A DNA stretch of 64,000 bases from an uncultured Planctomycetales bacterium (GTDB lineage: Bacteria > Omnitrophota > Gorgyraeia > Zapsychrales > Fredricksoniimonadaceae). The position numbers and the translations under genes are program-made. The notes under the pieces were generated by a model, which ran no database searches, had not been told where the DNA came from, and saw nothing but the letters and a program-made list of their open reading frames with translations. Shown here piece by piece: positions 1 through 9,553 of the stretch; position 1 is the first letter of the stretch; every line of letters starts with the position of its first letter. The stretch is taken from positions 35,552-99,551 of the forward strand of contig CAZOXU010000001.1 of NCBI GenBank assembly GCA_964583975.1, given 5' to 3'.

Positions 1-480
1 AGGCAAAAGTGTCTCCGGATTTAATTCCAGGCGAAAATACCTTCATCTGATTTAATTGAGGCTGTATCATTTGAAATTCTTGCCGATTCAAATTTGGCTT
101 TATATGATCCACTGTAAAATTGAAGAAATCTTTGGAAGAAAACTTAGCATAAAAAACAACCGAAAGATGTTTGGGAACATCCGTTTCCATAGCATCCGAA
201 GATGGCACATTAGAAGGCAAATACAAACTTGCAATAAAAACCCTAATCATAAACAAAGTTTTAACACCAACACCTCTCAAGGTTAAAATCTCCTTATGAC
301 TCGCCTTAGGTTCCGCCCTAGGAATCTCCTTTGATTCAACTTTAGAAACTTTCTCTGCAATTACTTGAGACTCTTGTTCATAACTTTTAGGAAACTCATC
401 ACCTTTCAAACGCCACCCAGAAGAAGCGCATGATGAAAACAAAAGACAACAAAGCACAAAACTTAAATGTTTCTTAATCA
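1..480 (-). CDS. Partial lipoprotein running off the window edge, possibly of the chalcone-isomerase-like family. The ATG at 478-480 overlaps the upstream stop as TAATG.
   Basis: Reverse translation from 480 reads MIKKHLSFVLCCLLFSSCASSGW (lipobox LFSSC) and then ...LTLRGVGVKTLFMIRVFIASLYLP, continuing in frame to position 1. It is absent from the ORF track because no stop lies inside the window. Confidence 0.4.
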
Positions 481-1587
481 TTAGGCAATCCTTTTTCCAA
501 AATGTTTGATACTTAAGACAATCACAATGACTGCCATCAATAATAACGGCCATACCTGGTCCACTAAATCCCAAAAACCCATGCCTTTGAGAATAATCCC
601 CCGGACAATTTTTAAAAAATAGGTCATGGGCAAGAAATACCCAATATGATGAACCCACATGGGCATCGTTTCTCGAGGAAAAATAAAACCAGAAAGTAAA
701 ATAGATGGCATGGCAAAAAACATGACCGTTTGAGAGGCTTGCTGTTGGTTCGAAGAAACGGTAGACGCCCACAAACCAATCCCTAAGCAAACCACCAAAT
801 AGACCAAGGTCAAAAGAAAAAGCGTCAAAATATTACCACGAATAGGAACCTGAAACATAAAATGCATCGACATGACAATACTAGAAGCAATTAAGATCCC
901 AATACCTACATAGGGAATAATTTTGCCCAAAATTAATTGGTACGGCTTAATCGGCGTGACCAGCAACTGTTCAATATTTCCCTGCTCTTTTTCGCGCACG
1001 ATGGCTGTGGCCGTAATCATCGGAACGATTAACTGTAAAACTAAGGCAATTAAGCCTGGCAACATAAAAAAGGTGCTTTTAAGTTCAGGGTTGTACCAAA
1101 GGCGTGGACGAAAATCAATGGGCAGCACCGGAACATGGACCAGCCCCTGTTTTTGCATGAACGATGTTACGATCGACTGACTGGAATTCAAAGCCACATT
1201 GGCAGGATTAGAATCCGTTCCATCAATGAGCATCTGCAGCTCGGCACCCTTTTTCTTCAAGATATCTCCTGTAAAATTGGGAGGAATAACAATAGCTACT
1301 TGTGCCAATCCTTTATTTAAACCATCTTTAACTTCTTGCAGAGAGTTAACATTTTTCTTAACGGCAAAATAATCAGACTGGACGAAAGCATCCACTAAAC
1401 AACGGCTTAGATAGGTCCTATCTTGATCGTAAATATAGGTACGTAAATGACGAACATCAGTATTGACACCAAAACCATAAATCACCACTTGCAAAACCGG
1501 CATCAAGATCACCATCATCAAGGTTTTTCGATCCCGCATGATGTGAATCATTTCTTTATATATTATAGCCTTAATATTACGAAACAT
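481..1587 (-). CDS. ABC-2 type transporter permease. The start was moved to the internal MFRNIK Met to remove a 62-nt overlap with the upstream ATPase gene.
   Basis: Six-TM ABC-2 permease architecture with a large periplasmic loop after TM1. It is the last gene of the efflux operon. Confidence 0.7.
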   Translation of the reverse strand: MFRNIKAIIYKEMIHIMRDRKTLMMVILMPVLQVVIYGFGVNTDVRHLRTYIYDQDRTYLSRCLVDAFVQSDYFAVKKNVNSLQEVKDGLNKGLAQVAIVIPPNFTGDILKKKGAELQMLIDGTDSNPANVALNSSQSIVTSFMQKQGLVHVPVLPIDFRPRLWYNPELKSTFFMLPGLIALVLQLIVPMITATAIVREKEQGNIEQLLVTPIKPYQLILGKIIPYVGIGILIASSIVMSMHFMFQVPIRGNILTLFLLTLVYLVVCLGIGLWASTVSSNQQQASQTVMFFAMPSILLSGFIFPRETMPMWVHHIGYFLPMTYFLKIVRGIILKGMGFWDLVDQVWPLLLMAVIVIVLSIKHFGKRIA

Positions 1588-2311
1588 GGGCTCCTTGGGA
1601 CTCCAAAATTGCAAATGCTTCTTCCAATGTTGGAGCAATTTTCTTATATTCTGCTACTGTTCCTAATTTTAAAAGATGCCCATTGCTTAAAAAACCAATA
1701 CTGTTACAACGCTCAGCCTCTTCCATATAATGAGTTGTGACAAATAACGCCGTACCTTCTTTGGCCAACTGAAACAATAAATCCCAAATTGCTTTTCGAG
1801 ATAAGGGATCTATACCTGCCGTTGGCTCATCTAAAAATAAAATACGAGGTTTATGTAAAATACCATTCGCAATGGCCAACTTCTGTTTCCACCCTCCTGA
1901 AAGATGAGCCGCCAAACGGTCTTTAAATTTGTCTAGTCCTGTCAAGACGAGTACTTCCTCAACACGATGCTTTAAATGATTATCGGTTAAACCATAAATT
2001 TGCCCGTAAAATAATAAATTCTCCATCACAGTTAGATCAGAATACAAACTAAAACGTTGTGACACATATCCAATAGCTGTTTTGATTTGCTCGGATTGAT
2101 TATTAATATCAAAGCCTGCTACGGTGCCTGTGCCACTGGTAGGAGCAAGGATGCCGCACAGCATGCGGATCGTTGTACTTTTACCAGAACCATTGGCCCC
2201 TAAAAAACCAAAAATAGAACCATAAGGTAGGCTAAAAGAAATACGATCAACCGCTGTAAACTTACCGAATCGACGGGTCAACTCATTAGCTTGTATAGCA
2301 ATATCATTCAT
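1577..2311 (-). CDS. ABC transporter ATP-binding protein
   Basis: Walker A GANGSGKST, ABC signature LSGGWKQKL, Walker B ILFLDEPTAGID. Confidence 0.85.
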   Translation of the reverse strand: MNDIAIQANELTRRFGKFTAVDRISFSLPYGSIFGFLGANGSGKSTTIRMLCGILAPTSGTGTVAGFDINNQSEQIKTAIGYVSQRFSLYSDLTVMENLLFYGQIYGLTDNHLKHRVEEVLVLTGLDKFKDRLAAHLSGGWKQKLAIANGILHKPRILFLDEPTAGIDPLSRKAIWDLLFQLAKEGTALFVTTHYMEEAERCNSIGFLSNGHLLKLGTVAEYKKIAPTLEEAFAILESQGAHVS

Positions 2312-2982
2312 TATTTAAAATCCACTTCAGCAGACACTCCTGGATGAACACTATCATCAGGATTATCTAAGGTGACTTTGACAGCAAACACCTGTGTCAT
2401 ACGATCTTCTTTGGATTGTAAATTACGCGGGGTAAACTCACCTCGGGTAGCAATATAACTAACATGACCTTGGTACGTCTTGTTGACCCCATCAACCACC
2501 ACAAAGGTTTTCTGCCCCATCTTAATTTGTCCAATTTGGCCTTCTTGTAAAAATACTTTAATCCACTGGTTCTTGGGATCACCTACTACAACGACAGCAG
2601 CACCTGCAGATAATGTTTCACCAATTTCAGCGGATTTCACTAGCACCACCCCATCAATCGGAGAAGAAATTTGCTGATCTTCTAATGCTAGTTTGGCATA
2701 TTCTACCGCCTGGGCATTGCTGCCCCCTGTATTAAAAAGCTCGACAATACGCTCATAATCTTTTTTAGCTTGTTCATAATGATCCAAGGTGGCAATCATC
2801 TGTCCAGCCTTAACACCATCACCTTCTTTGACCTGAAGACTAGTTAATCGGCCTGCAGCCTTAACGCCTAAGACATGCTCGGTTAACTCAAGTGTTCCTG
2901 AATAATGATTGTGATAAACATCATTGTTTGATGAGCACCCAAATATCAAAAACAACCCCAGAGTAAGAATTATTTTTCTCAC
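2311..2982 (-). CDS. HlyD-family periplasmic adaptor lipoprotein (membrane-fusion protein)
   Basis: Lipobox LIFGCSS at the N-terminus, then a biotinyl/lipoyl-like beta hairpin and a coiled coil. It lies between TolC and the ABC ATPase. Confidence 0.7.
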   Translation of the reverse strand: MRKIILTLGLFLIFGCSSNNDVYHNHYSGTLELTEHVLGVKAAGRLTSLQVKEGDGVKAGQMIATLDHYEQAKKDYERIVELFNTGGSNAQAVEYAKLALEDQQISSPIDGVVLVKSAEIGETLSAGAAVVVVGDPKNQWIKVFLQEGQIGQIKMGQKTFVVVDGVNKTYQGHVSYIATRGEFTPRNLQSKEDRMTQVFAVKVTLDNPDDSVHPGVSAEVDFK

Positions 2983-2996
2983 AGTGACCTCCTAAA

Positions 2997-4331
2997 TTAA
3001 TTCCCGCCAGAGGCGGGTCCCTGCCCGTCCGGCAGGCGGGCGCCTTTGGCGGAAAAAAGTTCTTCAATCCTTCCCATCGCATGTGCCAAATTTATTTTTG
3101 CTGTCCAATAAAGCGCCTGGGCCTCATTTTTCTCATCTGTAGCAAGGGCCTTTAAAGATTGAAAGTGATGTGTCTCAAGCCTATCTCCTAAACCTGTTTT
3201 AAGACGATTTTGATTAATCACTACTTGTTCGGTAGCATAGTTCAATTGTTCCACTTTAGCTTTTAAATAAGCCTTGGCTTTTGTCAAACTATCAATAGCT
3301 TTACGGATTTTAATTTGCGACTGCTCTTGAGTATCAGATAAAAGAATTTCATTCTCTTTGATCTTATCATTAGCTTGTCTTAGCCTTGCTTGCTTCGATC
3401 CACCCTCCCAAAAGGGCACGTTGACCGCTAAACCCATACTGTAAGTATTACTTGAAGAACCGACCGACTTGCCTGATCGCCCTAAATCCCCTGCAACAGC
3501 AACCTTAGGTAAAAAACTTCGCTTAATTTCAGCAGCCTCGGCTTTACTTTGGTCTAATTGAGCAAATAATACGGCTTCATCGGGAGTTAAAGGAGCTTGT
3601 TGCAAATCCCTATCTGCCCAGCTCTGGTTTTCTTCAAATACAATAGGTTGATTCAATGGAATTTTTAAGGCTGAAGCTAAATCTAGCTTTGTTTCATTAG
3701 CATAAACTTCTGCTGCTTGATAGGCATATTGGGCCATGACTAAATTCGCTTTTGCCTTATTGAAATCTGCCTGGGAGCCTAGCCCTTGTTTCAGACGCGT
3801 CTCGACAACTTGACTCTGTAGTTTGACTTCATCTAAAGAAACCTGAGCAAGCTCCAAAGCTTGCTGGCCACGCTGCGCTTCAAGAAACATTGCACCGACC
3901 AAAGCCAGGACATCTTGTTTAACCTTAGTTAATTGTGCCTGGGATAATTTCTCACTGGCTCGGGCTGACTTAATACGCCCTACTGCCTCGGGATCAAAAA
4001 TTTCAAGGGTCAGCCTGGCTCGAGTATCAAAACTATTAAATGGCCCAACATGCGGATCACCCGGAATACTAATCCCTGAACTTCGAAGATCTATGGTTTG
4101 CCTTTTTACAGCCAAGGCGCCTGAAACTTGGGGTAGCAAGGCAGCGTTATGAACGGAAATATTATCTAATGCCTGCAAAACTCTCTGATTGGCGACAAGA
4201 ACTTGTGTGTTTTGTTGAGATGCCCTAAACATAGCTTGTTTGAGGTTCAAATGTAACGGCTGCAAATCTTGCGCTTGAGCATTAATTAGATAAAAAAAGA
4301 ATAAAATAAAACTACAAAAAACATTCATCAT
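2997..4331 (-). CDS. TolC-family outer-membrane efflux protein
   Basis: Signal peptide, two tandem TolC-like repeats with coiled coils, 444 aa. The C-terminal tail PDGQGPASGGN is encoded by a GC-rich palindrome. Confidence 0.75.
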   Translation of the reverse strand: MMNVFCSFILFFFYLINAQAQDLQPLHLNLKQAMFRASQQNTQVLVANQRVLQALDNISVHNAALLPQVSGALAVKRQTIDLRSSGISIPGDPHVGPFNSFDTRARLTLEIFDPEAVGRIKSARASEKLSQAQLTKVKQDVLALVGAMFLEAQRGQQALELAQVSLDEVKLQSQVVETRLKQGLGSQADFNKAKANLVMAQYAYQAAEVYANETKLDLASALKIPLNQPIVFEENQSWADRDLQQAPLTPDEAVLFAQLDQSKAEAAEIKRSFLPKVAVAGDLGRSGKSVGSSSNTYSMGLAVNVPFWEGGSKQARLRQANDKIKENEILLSDTQEQSQIKIRKAIDSLTKAKAYLKAKVEQLNYATEQVVINQNRLKTGLGDRLETHHFQSLKALATDEKNEAQALYWTAKINLAHAMGRIEELFSAKGARLPDGQGPASGGN

Positions 4332-4765
4332 GCCTTTCGTTGCCTCATTGATAAACTTAATTTATTAATAATGGCCTGAAATTGTTCCAACTCTTGATTG
4401 TTAAGCACACTCAAAACCTCTACCCATCGTTTGGCGATAATAGATTTAAACAATTTTAAAAATCGATCTGCTTTTGGTGTTAAAGCAATAACTATTTGCC
4501 TTCGATCTTCCAAATGAGGCGATCGTTTAATATACTTGGCTTCAACTAATCGATTAACCAAACCTGTAACCGTAGGCATGCTGACCTTTAAATGAAAGGC
4601 TATATCTGACATCGTACAAGCACCCCTAGCATGCAAAGACACAAGAATCAAAAACTGCGTCTGAGTCATTGAACGCTTGGCAAAAACACCCAAATGCGCA
4701 CCCTGCATAATATGGGGCATTAAAATTGAAATGGCTTGAGCTGTTTGCTCACGTTTGGTGGACAT
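4328..4765 (-). CDS. MarR-family transcriptional regulator
   Basis: 145 aa with a winged-helix core (SDIAFHLKVSMPTVTGLVNRLVEAKYIKR). It is the first gene of the efflux operon and overlaps tolC by 4 nt. Confidence 0.75.
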   Translation of the reverse strand: MSTKREQTAQAISILMPHIMQGAHLGVFAKRSMTQTQFLILVSLHARGACTMSDIAFHLKVSMPTVTGLVNRLVEAKYIKRSPHLEDRRQIVIALTPKADRFLKLFKSIIAKRWVEVLSVLNNQELEQFQAIINKLSLSMRQRKA

Positions 4766-4789
4766 GTATTCTTTAACTCCTGCTAAAGA

Positions 4790-4803
4790 TTAGCATATGC
4801 TAA
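4790..4803. promoter_or_regulatory. Perfect 14-bp palindrome TTAGCATATGCTAA in the marR/PEGA divergent promoter region; candidate MarR operator.
   Basis: Seen directly in sequence, 25 nt upstream of the marR start codon (minus strand). Confidence 0.45.
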
Positions 4804-4874
4804 GTATTATGTCAATTTGAGTTTATATTACTTAATTGACTTGTAGCGACGAATGGATTAAGATTTAACCGTTT

Positions 4875-6119
4875 ATGCCACATTTAAGAAAAATTGTCTT
4901 TTACATCTTTGCCGCCATCTATCTGGTGGTCTGTCCATTGCTAATTTTGCGCTTATTAGGGTTTATTTTTGATCCTCAAACCTATCGATTTGTTAAAACA
5001 GGCATTATTTATGCTTCTAGCAATCCTCCAGGCGCAGACGTTTACGTTAACCATATCCGAGCTCCTGAAACAACCCCTACTGTCATTCGCGACCTTACCC
5101 CCGATAACTACACCATCACATTAAAGCTAGATGGCTACCAAGAGTGGAAAAACACTATTCCGGTAGTAGCACGTAAAGCAACAATCCTTGAAAACATTTT
5201 GCTTACTCCCCCTCAATGGATTATTAAACCGCTTAATGGTACTACTTTTGAGAACATGCTTCCCTTGGGAGAAGAGAGTTCTCTTTTAATCTGGCACAAA
5301 AAAACCGTCAAAGACCTATATCATCTACGTCTTAATAAAACTTCATCAGAAGATATCAACAACAAGATTGAAAGCTCTTTAATATCTCCACTTTTTCCAG
5401 AAGAATTTATCTACAAAGATGCTCAGATAACCCGTTTCTTTACCATTGAAAAAAGTCCTTTTTTCATTATCCATATTGTGGTTGATTCCAAAGACAAATA
5501 TCTATGGATAGATCCCCGAGACCGCCAAGTTCATATTGAAGATATCAGTGACCTCATTCCTCTTGAACCTGACAAAATTTGGTGGGAACCTGGTGATGAG
5601 AAAATTATTTATGTCTACTACCCAACTCAAGTTAACCGCGTTGATATTAAAGCCAAGGCCATTTATCCTGACATTCAACTCAAAGATGTCCCTATCCCCA
5701 AAAAGCCCCTATTTAATGTAGCTAATATAAAAGGCAGCGTACCAGATGAAAATCGAAGCCAATGGCTTTTATTTACCAACACTAAAATTGGCATATGGAA
5801 TAATAGTTCTAAGTCTCTCCTGTGGATTTTTCAAAATGGGCGCAATATTCAAAAAGTTTTCTGGGCCAACAATGCCAGCACAATTCTATTTCAAGATAAC
5901 AAGGACATTTATTTGTTGGATAAGGTCATATTTGGCCAAACACGCATACAAAAAATCACCACGATTCGGGCTGATGCCTCCTTTTTCTATAGTGAAAAAA
6001 CAGGTAAGATTTATTTTATTGAACCTCATGAGAATTTACTTTCGACTGTGCAAGTCTTAAGACATACAGCTCTTTCACCTCGAATCATTGCTGAGAAATT
6101 AAGATTACAGGATCTATAA
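4875..6119 (+). CDS. PEGA-domain membrane-anchored protein
   Basis: N-terminal TM helix, then a PEGA motif block PPGADVYVNHIRAPETTPTVIRDLTPDNYTITLKLDGYQEW. The C-terminal ~300 aa are of unknown fold. Confidence 0.55.
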   Translation: MPHLRKIVFYIFAAIYLVVCPLLILRLLGFIFDPQTYRFVKTGIIYASSNPPGADVYVNHIRAPETTPTVIRDLTPDNYTITLKLDGYQEWKNTIPVVARKATILENILLTPPQWIIKPLNGTTFENMLPLGEESSLLIWHKKTVKDLYHLRLNKTSSEDINNKIESSLISPLFPEEFIYKDAQITRFFTIEKSPFFIIHIVVDSKDKYLWIDPRDRQVHIEDISDLIPLEPDKIWWEPGDEKIIYVYYPTQVNRVDIKAKAIYPDIQLKDVPIPKKPLFNVANIKGSVPDENRSQWLLFTNTKIGIWNNSSKSLLWIFQNGRNIQKVFWANNASTILFQDNKDIYLLDKVIFGQTRIQKITTIRADASFFYSEKTGKIYFIEPHENLLSTVQVLRHTALSPRIIAEKLRLQDL

Positions 6120-6121
6120 AA

Positions 6122-7759
6122 ATGCGCTTTCATTATTCCAAAGAAAACCTAAAACCCAGCGAAGCCCGATGGCAAAGAAGACTAGAAATCCTTCCCGGCT
6201 TGATTAGCTGGAGCACCCTTCTAGGCATGGCTTTTCTGGCCATCTTTTATCCATTTACAGCAGCTATTATTACAATCTCTTTTTACCTATGCTGGCTTCT
6301 AAGACTTTTATACCTGACTCTTTTTCTTCTTCTGTCCTATATCCGCTTAAACATGGAAAACCAGACTAACTGGATGGATCGGGTCCATGATGTTGATCGC
6401 TTAATCAGCAAAGAACCCGAAGTATTATCGATTACCAAAAAATCTTATTCTCTGAAAATGCATCAGCGACAATTGATCAAACTTAAAGAGAGCAAAGAAT
6501 ATTCAGCCTTATCTAAGGATCTTTACCACCTTGTAATCTTTCCTATTATCAAAGAATCAAAAGAGGTCATCGATCCAGCGATTAAAGCCATTAGCCGCCA
6601 ACAATTTCCTTCTAAGCAAATTATTGTTGTCTTTGCCTTGGAAGACAGAGCTGAAGATGTGATTAAAAAAGGAGTTTACGACACCGAAAGTCGCTACAAA
6701 TCATTCTTCTATAATTGTTTTAACGTTGTTCATCCTAGCGATATTCCTGGTGAAGCCCGCGTTAAGGGTGCTAATGTCACTTTTGCAGCCAAAAAAGCAG
6801 CTGAATACATTCACCAACAAAATATCCCTATTGAGAATGTCATCGTTTCGTGTTTTGATGCTGATACGGTGGTGGACGAAGATTATTTCTCCTGTTTGAC
6901 CTATCACTTCATGATTACACCTACTCGCCAGCGAGCCAGCTTCCAACCAATTCCGGTTTATCACAACAATATCTGGCATGTGCCGGGATTTGCTCGTGTG
7001 GTAGAAACAGGTTCGTCATTCTTTCAACTCATTGAAGCGACCAATCCCGAGAGATTGGTAACCTTCTCTTCTCATAGTATGAGTTTCAAAGCTTTAGTGG
7101 ATGTCAACTACTGGCCTGTAGATATGATCTCTGATGATTCGGCTATTTTTTGGAAATGTTACATCCATTATGATGGTAATTATCAAGTCATCCCTATGTA
7201 CGTCACTCTGTCAATGGATATTGTCAGTGCCCGCAACTGGTGGGATACGGTCAAAAGTGTTTATAAACAAAAACGGCGCTGGGCCTGGGGCGTTGAAAAC
7301 ATTCCTTTGGTATTGCGCGGATTTATTAAAAACAAAAAAATTTCATTATGGGAAAGATTTAGGCACGCTTTCAAATTACTCGAAGGCCACTGGTCCTGGG
7401 CCACCTGGGGATTTATGTTGTCTTTCGAAGGATGGCTTACAGCTATTTTTGCTCGGCAAGAATTTACAAGCTCTGTGGTATATTATAATATTCCTCAAAT
7501 TTCAGCCTTAATCTTTAATTTAGCTTCAGGTTGTTTAATTATCTCAATCATTTTAAGCATAGCTCTTCTTCCCAAAGCTGATGTCCGCTATCCTTTCTTA
7601 ATAAAAATCGGTCATGCCTTAGAATGGCTGATGCTTCCTTTCATTCTCGTCTTTTTAAGCGCACTGCCCGCCTTGGATGCTCAAACTCGCTTAATGTTTG
7701 GTAAGTATCTAGAATTCTGGGTCAGCGGTAAAGGAAAAACCAAAAAACGACAAAAATAG
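6122..7759 (+). CDS. Membrane-embedded family-2 glycosyltransferase, processive-synthase type
   Basis: N-terminal TM pair, cytoplasmic GT-A domain with the DxD motif CFDADTVVDEDYF and the Q(K/R)RRW motif (VYKQKRRWAWG), then C-terminal TM helices. Confidence 0.7.
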   Translation: MRFHYSKENLKPSEARWQRRLEILPGLISWSTLLGMAFLAIFYPFTAAIITISFYLCWLLRLLYLTLFLLLSYIRLNMENQTNWMDRVHDVDRLISKEPEVLSITKKSYSLKMHQRQLIKLKESKEYSALSKDLYHLVIFPIIKESKEVIDPAIKAISRQQFPSKQIIVVFALEDRAEDVIKKGVYDTESRYKSFFYNCFNVVHPSDIPGEARVKGANVTFAAKKAAEYIHQQNIPIENVIVSCFDADTVVDEDYFSCLTYHFMITPTRQRASFQPIPVYHNNIWHVPGFARVVETGSSFFQLIEATNPERLVTFSSHSMSFKALVDVNYWPVDMISDDSAIFWKCYIHYDGNYQVIPMYVTLSMDIVSARNWWDTVKSVYKQKRRWAWGVENIPLVLRGFIKNKKISLWERFRHAFKLLEGHWSWATWGFMLSFEGWLTAIFARQEFTSSVVYYNIPQISALIFNLASGCLIISIILSIALLPKADVRYPFLIKIGHALEWLMLPFILVFLSALPALDAQTRLMFGKYLEFWVSGKGKTKKRQK

Positions 7760-7761
7760 AA

Positions 7762-7795
7762 AAACCCCATTCACATTTGAATGAGGCTTTTCAAC
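7762..7795 (+). terminator. Weak rho-independent terminator candidate after the GT2 gene
   Basis: cccattcacatttgaatgagg stem-loop followed by cttttc. Confidence 0.3.
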
Positions 7796-7813
7796 CCAAC
7801 CGGGTTAGGTTTC

Positions 7814-8164
7814 CTAGGCCATAAACACCGATTTACTGGGAGAAACCAACGCAGACTTCCAATGCAATAAAATCCTTAAAGTATGATAATACCCCACCTT
7901 GACCAAACGGCGGTTTCGATTCACATAAAAGAACCCTTTCACACGCATGGTAAACTTCTCATTACGATTTAAGCTATCATAGGATTTACGTACATGGACC
8001 TCTGGCGCGCCAGGGTCTTCTTGCTGATCAACCTCATGGGCTAAATAAAGAAAATTCTTACGAATATCTGATACACATTCTTTATCCTGAGAATGCTCAT
8101 GGATGACAATTCTTTTTCCACGGCCTTTTAAAATTTCTTTTGTCTTATGCAGTACGTCTTTCAT
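7814..8164 (-). CDS. Hypothetical protein, 116 aa
   Basis: An ORF only; I recognise no motif. It is flanked by AT-rich non-coding DNA, with a GC palindrome immediately 5' of its start. Confidence 0.3.
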   Translation of the reverse strand: MKDVLHKTKEILKGRGKRIVIHEHSQDKECVSDIRKNFLYLAHEVDQQEDPGAPEVHVRKSYDSLNRNEKFTMRVKGFFYVNRNRRLVKVGYYHTLRILLHWKSALVSPSKSVFMA

Positions 8165-8371
8165 TTGGTTCCCCCTGCCTGCCAGCAGGCAGGCTATCTA
8201 TTTGCAACTGCTAAACTTATGTTGATTAATAGTTCCCTCATCCCTTACTACTATTGAAAGTATAGCACCTGTCAAGGTCAAAACAAGGCGATTTAGCCTG
8301 TTTTGAGAAAACGTTTTCCTTGTAAGAAACAGCTTAAAATATAAGAAATAAATGTTTATTACTGTTTTTTA

Positions 8372-9004
8372 TTATTTTTTAAAATACGGCAGGTGAACGC
8401 GGTTTTCCTTACCCTGAATTAACCGCGTAATATTGGAACGATGGCGAAAAACGATGAAAATACATAACACAATAGACATAATCTTAAACTCAATAGGGGC
8501 ATCAAAAACAACCATACAAACAGGCAGGCTTATGGCAGCCACAATAGAGGCCAAAGACACATACCCTGACAAGAGGAAAATCACAGCCCACACACCTAAG
8601 ACAATCAATAACACCCAGCGCAATCCAGGTAGCTGAATGGCAAACCCAATTAAAACACCTAAGGTTGTGGCAATACCCTTTCCACCTTTGAAGTTTAAAA
8701 ACACAGTCCAGTTATGCGCAGCAACCGCGATCAAACCATAAACCACCAACATCAAAGGACTGTTAAAACCTGAGAAATTAGCAAAAACAGTGGTGGGAAT
8801 GATCCCTTTTACAATATCTATGATTAAAACAATACTACCAGGCCCTTTACCTAAGACGCGAAAGGCATTGGTAGCCCCCACATTGCCTGAACCATGCTGA
8901 CGAATATCAAGATTCTTCAAGACACGCCCAAAAATATAAGCGGTGGGTACAGCTCCCAATAAATAGGTCACAATAAGACTAATGACTAGCAGAACTATGT
9001 TCAT
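8372..9004 (-). CDS. plsY: Glycerol-3-phosphate acyltransferase PlsY
   Basis: GSGNVGATNAFRVLG signature and a multi-TM topology. Confidence 0.85.
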   Translation of the reverse strand: MNIVLLVISLIVTYLLGAVPTAYIFGRVLKNLDIRQHGSGNVGATNAFRVLGKGPGSIVLIIDIVKGIIPTTVFANFSGFNSPLMLVVYGLIAVAAHNWTVFLNFKGGKGIATTLGVLIGFAIQLPGLRWVLLIVLGVWAVIFLLSGYVSLASIVAAISLPVCMVVFDAPIEFKIMSIVLCIFIVFRHRSNITRLIQGKENRVHLPYFKK

Positions 9005-9548
9005 TGATGGATTGAATCCCTTTTTTAATGTAAATCACACCTGAGATAATTGTTGCTATCAAAGCCAGATACCAAAACACTTTTGTAAACGGCCACTGCA
9101 AAAGCATTCCTAACACACAAACAACTTGCAAAAACGCGGTCGTTTTCCCCGAACGATTCGCTTCCATATCTAATTTGCCTGTGACCAGCTGAACAATCGA
9201 TGCTCCTATAATCAGAATAATATCGCGAGAGATAATGGCAACCACAAACCAAAGAGGAAAAACAATCTCTTCAAAATTCCCTCGACGAATATAAAGGCAA
9301 ATAAAGGCGCTGATTAATAGAATTTTATCAGCCAGTGGATCGAGAATAGCTCCTGCCTTGGTTTTTTGATGAAAAGTGCGAGCCACATACCCATCAATAA
9401 TATCTGAAATAACAGCTGTTAAAAAAAGTCCTAAAGCAACCCAACGTAAATAGGGGCGCTCAGGGGACAAATACAATACAGTAGCAATAAAAAATGGCAC
9501 CAGAAGAATACGTCCAACTGTAACCTTATTAGCAAATGTAAGAGACAT
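8979..9548 (-). CDS. pgsA: CDP-diacylglycerol--glycerol-3-phosphate 3-phosphatidyltransferase (CDP-alcohol phosphatidyltransferase)
   Basis: DGYVAR...GAILDPLADK CDP-OH phosphotransferase motif. Confidence 0.8.
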   Translation of the reverse strand: MSLTFANKVTVGRILLVPFFIATVLYLSPERPYLRWVALGLFLTAVISDIIDGYVARTFHQKTKAGAILDPLADKILLISAFICLYIRRGNFEEIVFPLWFVVAIISRDIILIIGASIVQLVTGKLDMEANRSGKTTAFLQVVCVLGMLLQWPFTKVFWYLALIATIISGVIYIKKGIQSINEHSSASH

Positions 9549-9553
9549 GATTA

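Noticed and set aside
56-286. 76-aa plus-strand ORF at the window start
   Set aside because: It lies antisense inside the partial lipoprotein gene (1-480, minus strand), has no RBS and a low-complexity sequence. I judge it a spurious ORF.
1577-1638. 62-nt overlap between the ABC ATPase gene and the ABC-2 permease gene
   Set aside because: This is more simply explained by a permease start at the internal Met (MFRNIK) than by a real long overlap.
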